Source: Candidatus Latescibacterota bacterium (lineage in GTDB: Bacteria; Latescibacterota; UBA2968; GCA-2709665). From it: 64,000 nucleotides of DNA. The number at the start of each line of letters is the position of its first letter. The first letter of the stretch is position 1. The stretch spans positions 352,001 through 416,000 of the forward strand of contig OZ252100.1 of the NCBI GenBank assembly GCA_965248435.1. Reading direction: 5' to 3'. The position numbers were made by a program, and so were the translations under genes. Positions 9,456 to 16,859 of the stretch are shown here, one piece after another. The notes beneath the pieces were generated by a model. That model ran no database searches. It was not told the DNA's origin and was given only the letters and a program-made list of their open reading frames with translations.

Positions 9456-10379
9456 ATGAACTCAATCAGATGGGTATCCGTCCTCGGCGAATTTCACCTC
9501 GAGGGCGGTGACCTAGTGTTCGAGGGAGGCACGACAGAGACTGAAACTGGAACACTCAGATCTGTGGGCAACTTCCTTTCGAATCAGACATTCGGAAACG
9601 GGGAGATTGGCGTCCAAGTTGAGTTTATTAAGTCAGTCGCAAACTCAGCTGCCGGTCTGATCCTCTACTATCAACCAAAGACCAAGGCCTTTGTATCAGC
9701 CACTCTAGGTGGTGGTTCCCTATGTTCGATCGGTACCTGGGTAAATCAGCAGTGGACTCATCATGCTACTCAAGGTCCGGGTGAGCAATTGAAGCCCAAC
9801 CAACCTTACGACCTGAAAGTGAAGGTTCAAGGGTCACAGGTATCGGTATCTCTGGATGAAATCCAAGTCCTGGCTACAGATCTACCTTTCTCAATGCCCA
9901 CGGGGCATGCCGGCATCTGGGCGCTTGGGCCAGACTTGATAAGGTACTCGAACTTCCGTGTGAATGCTCAGGCCTCAGAGATCTTCGTGGTCATGCAGTT
10001 CACAGATTCGTTTAACGAACTCTACTCAGATGTAATTGCACCTATATGCTCCCAGCAGGGCTTTAAGGTTGTACGCGCGGATGAGACCTATGGACCTGGC
10101 GTTATTATCGCCGACATCGTGCGCGAAATCACTGAGGCAAGCATTGTCATAGCTGACATAACGCCCAATAACCCGAATGTGTTTTGGGAAGTGGGATATG
10201 CCCACGCGTTAAGGAAGCCCACCATTCTTATAGCTGAAAGAGGTAGGGACTTACCTTTCGACATTTCTCCTTTTCGCACTCTCTTCTATGACAACACAAT
10301 AGCAGGCAAATCTCGTGTAGAGGAAGGATTGAGGAGGCATCTAAGCGCGATTCAGGAAGAATTGGCAAGAACATCTTGA
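9456..10379 (+). CDS. N-terminal concanavalin/DUF1080-like beta-sandwich fused to a nucleoside 2-deoxyribosyltransferase-like (TIR-related) domain
   Basis: C-terminal half: IFVVMQF...VRADE...I...I.EASIVIADITPNNPNVFWEVGYAHALRKPTILI...LPFDI..FRTLFY. N-terminal half: beta-rich with 'YDLKVKVQGSQVSVSLD...GHAGIW...YSNFRV'. Confidence 0.75.
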   Translation: MNSIRWVSVLGEFHLEGGDLVFEGGTTETETGTLRSVGNFLSNQTFGNGEIGVQVEFIKSVANSAAGLILYYQPKTKAFVSATLGGGSLCSIGTWVNQQWTHHATQGPGEQLKPNQPYDLKVKVQGSQVSVSLDEIQVLATDLPFSMPTGHAGIWALGPDLIRYSNFRVNAQASEIFVVMQFTDSFNELYSDVIAPICSQQGFKVVRADETYGPGVIIADIVREITEASIVIADITPNNPNVFWEVGYAHALRKPTILIAERGRDLPFDISPFRTLFYDNTIAGKSRVEEGLRRHLSAIQEELARTS

Positions 10380-10524
10380 CTCGCGTCCAGCTAGAAACGC
10401 CGCCTTACACGTACACTCACGGTCTACGGACATTCGCTCCTCCGCCCAACTTCTCTACGGTAGGTCCGTGGATGCTGGAGAGGTTAATCAAAACCGGTCC
10501 CATCCAGGCTTTGGGATTGCACGA

Positions 10525-11286
10525 ATGAGTGAGATCGGGCAATATACAACTGCGTTCTTTGGCCAGACCTACTGGAAGGAGTTTGAGAGGCGGGACCGCC
10601 TAAATGCCTCTCTGTCGCTTCCTGCGGGTGTAGTTATTCTTCTCGCAGGGGTTGTTGGCTACTACCTTCAGAACTTGCCCGAAGGCACATTGGACCTCTG
10701 GGCGAGATTCTTTGTAGGCTCAGTTGTCGTGCTCTCGCTCTTCTTGCTAATATCTGTATATTTCTTAGTGAGGGCTTATTTTAATCATCGGTACGGTTAC
10801 ATCGCGAGCCCAAAGGAGATTGAAGAGTACATTGATGCTCTATATGAGTATTACCATGAATTAGAACCAGATGATCTCCGAGTGGTTGTTGAGAGCGACT
10901 TTCGGGCTTTTCTCGCGCGAGAGTACGCACGGTGTGGAGCAGTCAATACTAACAACAACGACAGAAAGTCCGGATTTGTACATAGAGCTAATGCGTTCAT
11001 AGTAGCTTCCTTGATAACCCTAGTAGTGAGTTTGTTGCCGTACTTTGTTACCTATTACAGGCAACCCCGCATTCAAAAAATCCAGATTATGAACGAAGGA
11101 GGAGGTGACTATCAAAGTGGAAGATCGACCAAAGAACCAAGCACCTCGGAGCCAGGCCCAGAACCCGCCGCCAAAGCCTCCACCTCCAGCCAAAGAGAAA
11201 CCCAAACCACCAGAAAGTCGGTTTCTCAAGGAGAGCAAAGTGCCACCGAAGCGAAAGTGACGGATAATAGCGACGCACCTAAGTGA
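10525..11286 (+). CDS. Hypothetical 3-TM membrane protein (SLATT-like effector-style topology)
   Basis: Y..E..RRD.LNA.LSLP, two TM helices, N..NND.KS, third TM helix; low-complexity tail; AT-richer than flanks. Confidence 0.65.
   Translation: MSEIGQYTTAFFGQTYWKEFERRDRLNASLSLPAGVVILLAGVVGYYLQNLPEGTLDLWARFFVGSVVVLSLFLLISVYFLVRAYFNHRYGYIASPKEIEEYIDALYEYYHELEPDDLRVVVESDFRAFLAREYARCGAVNTNNNDRKSGFVHRANAFIVASLITLVVSLLPYFVTYYRQPRIQKIQIMNEGGGDYQSGRSTKEPSTSEPGPEPAAKASTSSQRETQTTRKSVSQGEQSATEAKVTDNSDAPK
11117..11260 (+). CDS. Putative 47-aa Pro/Lys-rich peptide nested out of frame in the tail of the membrane protein gene
   Basis: GGAGGAGGTGA RBS 8 nt before GTG; MEDRPKNQAPRSQAQNPPPKPPPPAKEKPKPPESRFLKESKVPPKRK. 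Confidence 0.5.
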   Translation: MEDRPKNQAPRSQAQNPPPKPPPPAKEKPKPPESRFLKESKVPPKRK

Positions 11287-11433
11287 AATCCGGCTCTGAG
11301 CGGTCAAAGCCGTGAGGCGGTTCGATTTGGAATTCATAGAGGCCAGCATTCTTTAACAGTACACGGGCGTTGCGGCCACGTTCAGGTACTCCTCGCTCTC
11401 GGTATACCTAGCTTCCTCGCTCGGGTTTCTGAA

Positions 11434-12233
11434 ATGCTAAATTTCGATCAGTCGAGCCTCCTGACCAATCCCGTGAACGCGCTCGGCGATCATCCGTTTG
11501 TCCTAGCAGCTTTTAATGAGCCAGCAAAACTCGCCAATGTCCTCATCAAAGATATAAGCGCGGCCGACCCTGAGTGGAGGCGAGATCCTGATGAATACGA
11601 GTGGTATCTGTTTCAAGTTGGTAGCACGACCGCGCAGCTACTCGACAGCTGTCTACAGCTGTATCACTCTATACACTATCTGAGCTCATTTACTCCAACT
11701 AGCAGGCAAAAGCGGGTAGGCATCACCCGGGCTCACCAGATCCGGTACCATATCCATTCATTCATCATCGGCACCCACTCAACATACGATAGAGTCCTGC
11801 AGCTTGCGGGAACAGTTTTTCATCTCGGCTTGCCTACAAGTAAGGTTGACCACGAGTCCATCATCGCTAATGTTCACGTTAAACACACTAACGTTCCAGA
11901 AAGATTGAGGGCCATCCGAAAGTCATTAAACCTTACTACGATCTCCGGAATGCCATAGTTCACCTAGAGATGTATAGCGATAACCAGCTTCGAAGGCTTC
12001 AACTCTATTACTCTCATGGCATTTCCGAAGCCGAACGAAGAGGCGAACTTGATTCTTTACTCTTTGCTCGGAATGTTAGGAGATGGGCAACAAAGCACTT
12101 TGTTATTAATAAGCAGGCCGAATACGTGCAAGCTTTGGACGACATATGCTCAGCAATAGCTCTCCTATTTGATGAATTCGATGGGGTCTTTGCTTCTCAA
12201 AAAGCAAGGTTGAATCTATGGGTTAACAATTAG
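11434..12233 (+). pseudogene. Cthe_2314-like HEPN RNase with a frameshift at about 11920
   Basis: 'RYHIHSFII..HS.YDR.LQL...VFHLGL'; shifting frame at the AAA run (11919-11921) gives KVIKPYYDLRNAIVHLEMYSD, in frame with ORF 11970-12233; RNAIVH is the HEPN RxxxxH motif. Confidence 0.75.
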
Positions 12234-12344
12234 CGTGGACATTGACACGTGCGTACATCTTCCTCTAATTTCTCTCAGGGTCGCAGAAATACTCCCATTC
12301 ATATTGTCCGGGTATCTATCTACTCAGAAGTCGCAGCAACATCA

Positions 12345-12511
12345 AACTCTCCACCGGAACCATCTCCAGTGGGGATTTTCTGTTGTCTTTATTGTGGGCG
12401 ATCAAGTCTTCCCAGTGGCCCCGCAACATAATCCATCAGCTGCGTAACCTCCGACATCGCCCGGTCTCGCTGCAGCTTTTCGATAACCGATCGACACGAT
12501 CCGGTCAAGCT
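12345..12511 (-). repeat. Degenerate copy of the CBS gene 3' end plus its terminator hairpin
   Basis: Minus strand encodes GIVSIG..KLQRDRAMSEVTQLMDYVAGP; hairpin tccaccgg...ccagtgggga matches 15937-15972. Confidence 0.75.
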
Positions 12512-12615
12512 CTTCCTCATAGAGAAAAACGGTTGCTCGAGGCGAAGCAAATTACGATTGTAATGCTCAGCCGCTTCCAGATTTTGATTTGGTTGAAGGC
12601 ACTTGAGGAGAAAAC

Positions 12616-13479
12616 GTGAAAATCGGATTTTTGACCCCTTACGATCAGAAGAAAATAGAGTTTGCCGGCCGAAACGGGTTCGGAAGCATTCAACTCATGA
12701 TTTCCCCGGGAAATCCTCTCGATCCCACGAAGGAAGGAACGGATTCAGTTAAAGCCGCAAAAGTGTTCATAGAAAACCAGGGCATTGAAATCTCTGCGCT
12801 GGGCGCGATAAGCAAGTTGAATTGCATTCACCCGGATGCAAAAACAAGGGAAGAGAGTGTGAAGTTCCTGATCGCCGCTATGGATGCATGTCAGATTCTG
12901 GACGTAAAGATCCTGGCGACTTATCCAGGACGTGACCCGGAGAAAAGCATCGAAGAGAATATTCCTCGCTTCAAAGAGGTATTCACTCCGTTGGCAAGGA
13001 TGGCCGAGGACAGAGGACTAAAGATCGTGTTCGAGAACTGTCCCAAGTTTCACTATTTCCCCTTCCGCGGGGTCAATATTGCCTACTGTCCCCGAGCCTG
13101 GGACTTGATGTTCGATGCTGTTCCCTCCGATGCGCTGGGTCTGGAATACGATCCTTCCCACCCCGTTTCCATGTTTTCGGACTACATCGCGCCCATCCAG
13201 CAGTACGGAGAGCGGATCTATCACGTGCACGCGAAAGACACCGAGATCATGGAACAGAACCTGAAAGAGAACGGAATCTTCCAGCCAGGGATGTTCCGCT
13301 ACCGCATTCCCGGTTGCGGAGATGTGGACTGGAAGAAGTTCATATCTGCATTAAAGGACGTGGGGTATAGCGGGAATTTGGACATTCAAGGCGGCCACGA
13401 TCCTGAGTTCTCTGAAAGTGAGGAGGAGGGTTTACTTTTCGCTAGGAAGTTTCTTTCGCAATTTTTTTCTAAAGTCTAG
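12616..13479 (+). CDS. Sugar phosphate isomerase/epimerase (xylose isomerase-like TIM barrel)
   Basis: IVFENCP, GLEYDPSH, YHVHAKD, RIPGCGDVDW; GAGGAG RBS. Confidence 0.85.
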   Translation: MKIGFLTPYDQKKIEFAGRNGFGSIQLMISPGNPLDPTKEGTDSVKAAKVFIENQGIEISALGAISKLNCIHPDAKTREESVKFLIAAMDACQILDVKILATYPGRDPEKSIEENIPRFKEVFTPLARMAEDRGLKIVFENCPKFHYFPFRGVNIAYCPRAWDLMFDAVPSDALGLEYDPSHPVSMFSDYIAPIQQYGERIYHVHAKDTEIMEQNLKENGIFQPGMFRYRIPGCGDVDWKKFISALKDVGYSGNLDIQGGHDPEFSESEEEGLLFARKFLSQFFSKV

Positions 13480-13633
13480 TGACCGCATGCATCGATCTCC
13501 TGGAACAGTCATCTTCTGACTTGAAAACGTAGATGATGGAAAATCTTGTATAATCAGTACCCGCAAATTGGTTAGTGGAGCGACAAAATTACTTGAGTAA
13601 CAGTGCCAGCATATTAACAAATGGAGGTGTCGT

Positions 13634-14491
13634 TTGAACGAGAAGCGATCACTAACGACAAAGGACATCGCATTACTTCACCAACTGTACGATCAAGGTC
13701 AGATAACACTGGCTCCGGAGTTCCAACGCAATAGTATCTGGCCCCGGACAGCCAAAGCCTACCTGATCGACACGATTCTGAGCCAGCGTCCTATACCTCT
13801 TCTCTACTTCCGCCGTGGTGCCTCTGCACAGACTGGCAAATCGAGATACGAGGTGATCGATGGGCAGCAGCGGCTACGAGCCGTCTTCGAGTTTATGGAC
13901 GACCGCTTTCCCCTTTCAGAGAGCAAAGACCCGCAGTATAAGGGAAAGAGGTACAGTGAACTCGGCTCGTCTCTGCAGGAACGCATTCTCTCATATGACC
14001 TATATATTCAAGAGCTGGTCGGGCATTCAGACGATGACATCCGGGACATATTCGTGCGGATGAACAAATACGTAGTTAAGCTATCCGGTCAGGAAATTCG
14101 CCATGCCAAGCACGAAGGGAAATTCAAGGAGTTCGTTGAGGATTTAGGCGCGTGGGCGTTCTGGACTAATAATCGCGTATTCACAGCTCATCAAATCAGG
14201 CGCATGCGAAATGTAGAATTCTCCGCCGAGCTAACGATACTCTTGCTCGAAGGTCCCCAGGACAAAAAGCAGACCATTGACCTATATTACGTGCAGTTCG
14301 CGAAGTCGTTCGGGCACCGAGCCGATGTTAGACGCCGTCTGGGTCGATACCTGAAGTGGATTGCCAAAGCAATCCCGGACCTTTCCCAAACACGCTATCG
14401 TAAGCCAGTAGACCTATATAGTCTCGTCGGAGCGCTTAAGGATATAGCGGAACATCCATTCCGGCTCAGCGACATCGATCCAGCACCTTAA
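13634..14491 (+). CDS. DUF262 (ParB/GmrS-like) domain protein, probably C-terminally truncated
   Basis: PEFQRNSIW, LIDTIL...PIP, EVIDGQQRL, IF.RMN....LS.QEIR; GGAGGTG RBS with TTG start. Confidence 0.85.
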   Translation: MNEKRSLTTKDIALLHQLYDQGQITLAPEFQRNSIWPRTAKAYLIDTILSQRPIPLLYFRRGASAQTGKSRYEVIDGQQRLRAVFEFMDDRFPLSESKDPQYKGKRYSELGSSLQERILSYDLYIQELVGHSDDDIRDIFVRMNKYVVKLSGQEIRHAKHEGKFKEFVEDLGAWAFWTNNRVFTAHQIRRMRNVEFSAELTILLLEGPQDKKQTIDLYYVQFAKSFGHRADVRRRLGRYLKWIAKAIPDLSQTRYRKPVDLYSLVGALKDIAEHPFRLSDIDPAP

Positions 14492-15170
14492 CATTCAGCA
14501 GTTTGGGTACAGGTCTGTTCACCTTGTCGCTCGCCTTAGCGTGAGCAAGCGGACAGATCCCGGTGTAGGGGAACTGGGTGCGAGGTGGTTTGAGATACAA
14601 GTACGCAGCGTGCTGGAGCATGCTTGGGCGGAGATCGAACACGAAGTGCGGTACAAGTCGGGTATCAATTACCCGCGCCCCTTCAATAGGAGCTTCAGCG
14701 CACTTGCAGGTGCCCTAGAGGTTGTCGAAGGCCAGTTCCTAAGCCTGAGAGCGGAGCGTAGCAAGCTCATCACAGCTCATAAGAATGCCTATCTACAGGG
14801 TTGTGATCTAGATGAAGTTTTGGATGCGGCACGCTTACTTGGCTTGCTAGAGGCATTGCGACCTGAGGGAGTAAGCTGGCAAATTGCCGAGGGAGCTGGC
14901 AATCCGTTCCCTCCCAGGATAGAGGCTGTCTGTGTCGAAGCACTTAACACGGCAGGTATAGCCACCGCGGCTGATTTCGAAGAAGTAATGCAGACAAGTG
15001 ACTTCCGAAATGCGGTTAGTAGATTTGCTAGTCTTAATTCGCTAGACCCTAATCAGGTCTCGCACTTCGCAATCTCTGTCATTGTGCTTGGTTGTATTAG
15101 GCCTGACCTGCTTCTTGAGAACTATCCGGAGCTCGCAGACGATGCTTCTATTAGGGAGTTGTTCAAGTAG
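14487..15170 (+). pseudogene. RelA/SpoT-type small alarmone synthetase, C-terminal half only
   Basis: The frame of ORF 14541 extends upstream as LNIQQFGYRSVHLV, then WFEIQVRSVLEHAWAEIEHEVRYK. The N-terminal synthetase motifs (RxKxxxS, DxxGxR) are absent. Confidence 0.8.
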
Positions 15171-15257
15171 CCTATTCCCACTAGAACGCTGTCCAATGGG
15201 TAATATTTGTGTGGATTTGTCATGGTAGCCGTAGGGAATCATCGCATTTAGACCTTT

Positions 15258-15297
15258 CAACATAATCCATAAGCTGCGTGATCTCAGACTTCACCTG
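15258..15297 (-). repeat. 40-bp remnant of the CBS gene 3' end
   Basis: caacataatccataagctgcgtgatctcagacttcacctg vs caacataatccctcagctgagtgacctccgacttcagctg at about 16027-16066 (6 mismatches by eye). Confidence 0.65.
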
Positions 15298-15334
15298 AAA
15301 TTTAGCACTGCTTAGCAGTTGTGGCTAATTATCC

Positions 15335-15375
15335 AAAAAAGCGAATCCCCACCGGAGTCAACTCCAGAGGGGATT
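15335..15375 (-). terminator. Intrinsic terminator hairpin downstream of the truncated CBS copy
   Basis: aatccccaccggag-tcaa-ctccagaggggatt preceded by an A-run. Confidence 0.6.
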
Positions 15376-15403
15376 CTTTGTGATACCTATTGTGACTATT
15401 AAG

Positions 15404-15735
15404 TCATCCTTGTGGCCCTGAAACATAATCCATCAGCTGCGTGTCCTCCGACTTCGCCTGGTCCCGCTGCAGCTTCACGATGTCCCCGATCGACACGATC
15501 CCCGCCAGCTTGCCGTCCGACATCACCGGCACGTGCCGGACCCGGCCTTCCGTCATCTCGTTCATCACCCATTCAATGTCGTCTTCCGGCGAAGTACAGA
15601 CAGGATCCCGAATCATCGCCTCGGTCACGAGCTTTTCGCGCAAGTTGGCATCGGCGTGGACCTCCCGCATGATATCCCGCTCGGTGATGATCCCCGCGAT
15701 CCCGCCCGAGTCATCCTTGACAAGCAGCGCGCCGC
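15404..15735 (-). pseudogene. 5'-truncated duplicate of the CBS-domain gene
   Basis: ALLVKDDSGGIAGIITERDIMREVH...DYVSGPQG is nearly identical to the C-terminal ~110 aa of 16010-16444; N-terminus missing. Confidence 0.85.
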
Positions 15736-15936
15736 AGACGCGGGGCTCAACAAGTCTATATTTTATGAAATCGTTGTGTTTTCACGATTTAGACCAATTT
15801 TCTACACGTGTGGAAAATTGTCACTACAGCCGTTCAGACAGTTCCAAGCGTTCCAGCCAGTGTTGAAGGGCAGCCTCGGTGCATATTGTGGCTTGTGACT
15901 CCTTTGGTCTCCTGAACCTTTGGCTGCACACCACGG

Positions 15937-15972
15937 AAAATCCCCACCGGGACGCTCTCCAGTGGGGATTTT
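15937..15972 (-). terminator. Intrinsic terminator hairpin of the CBS gene
   Basis: aaaatccccaccgg...ccagtggggatttt. Confidence 0.65.
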
Positions 15973-16009
15973 GATTCGGTTCTTTCTGTAGTTGAAGACT
16001 AGCTTGTCA

Positions 16010-16444
16010 TCACATCTGCGGCCCTGCAACATAATCCCTCAGCTGAGTGACCTCCGACTTCAGCTGGTCCCGCTGCAGCTTCACGATGTCCCCGATCGAC
16101 ACGATCCCCGCCAGCTTGCCGTCCGACATCACCGGCACGTGACGAACCCGTCCTTCCGTCATCTCGTTCATTACCCATTCGATGTCGTCTTCGGGTGACG
16201 TGCATACAGGATCCCGAATCATCGCCTCGGTCACGAGCTTTTCGCGCAAGTTGGCGTCGGCGTGGACCTCCCGCATGATATCGCGCTCGGTGATGATCCC
16301 CTCGATCCCGCCGGAGTCATCCTCGATGAGTAATGCGCCGACCTTGTTTTCAATCAGGTTACACAGCGCCTGATGGATCGTGGCCTGGGCATCGATCGTC
16401 GCGACCCAGTCCCCTTTTCTGTTAAGTATGTCCTTCACCTTCAT
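16010..16444 (-). CDS. CBS-domain (tandem CBS pair) protein
   Basis: MKVKDILNRKG, GALLI, GIITERDI, RVRHVPV, GIVSIGDIVK; GGAGGTG RBS. Confidence 0.92.
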   Translation of the reverse strand: MKVKDILNRKGDWVATIDAQATIHQALCNLIENKVGALLIEDDSGGIEGIITERDIMREVHADANLREKLVTEAMIRDPVCTSPEDDIEWVMNEMTEGRVRHVPVMSDGKLAGIVSIGDIVKLQRDQLKSEVTQLRDYVAGPQM

Positions 16445-16743
16445 GAATTCACCTCCGCGGGAGAGTGCCAGATGTGAACCGTTATAGGTTCCTGAGAGCT
16501 TTTTCATTTCGCCGGAGGGTCACCGGCCTGACAGAACAAAATACGTAACCGGACCTGGGCTGGCAAGGGGAAATCATTGCTTGAATTAGCAGGACTTATG
16601 TGTGGACGGCCGAATTAGCAGTGTAGCTGGGCCCGATCCCTCGATACACTGCGCGCTATTTCAAAGCCCAATCAGCGCCGCACTCGGGAATACGGGACTT
16701 TGGGATGGGGTAAGTCGGCGATTGAAAATGTGATCCACCAAAG

Positions 16744-16859
16744 GCCCTCACCCTGCCTCGCTGGCGCTCGGCATCCCTCTCCCATAAATGGGAGAGGGAA
16801 ACCATCTCGCTCTGACCTCCCCTCTCCTGCGTGCGGGAGAGGGGCCGGGGGTGAGGGCT
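16744..16859. repeat. Inverted doublet of CCCTCACCC/CCCTCTCCC...GGGAGAGGG palindromes with no gene between them
   Basis: gccctcaccc...ccctctcccataaatgggagaggg and ctcccctctcctgcgtgcgggagaggggccgggggtgagggc; the ends are inverted repeats. Confidence 0.8.

Noticed and set aside
10380-10500. Possible integron attC site between island genes (gcccaac...gtt with imperfect hairpins)
   Set aside because: Too short, the right end does not fit GTTRRRY, no matching sites follow the other island genes, and there is no integron integrase.
15740-15930. AT-rich spacer with small palindromes (aaatcgt...acgattt; tctacacgtgtgga) as an ncRNA or element end
   Set aside because: No recognisable RNA family or second copy; not supportable from sequence alone.
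15404-16340. CBS repeat pair as a diversity-generating retroelement TR/VR
   Set aside because: Differences are not adenine-specific (e.g. CTG>GCG, GTC>GAC, AGG>ATG, GCA>TCA) and no reverse transcriptase is in the window.
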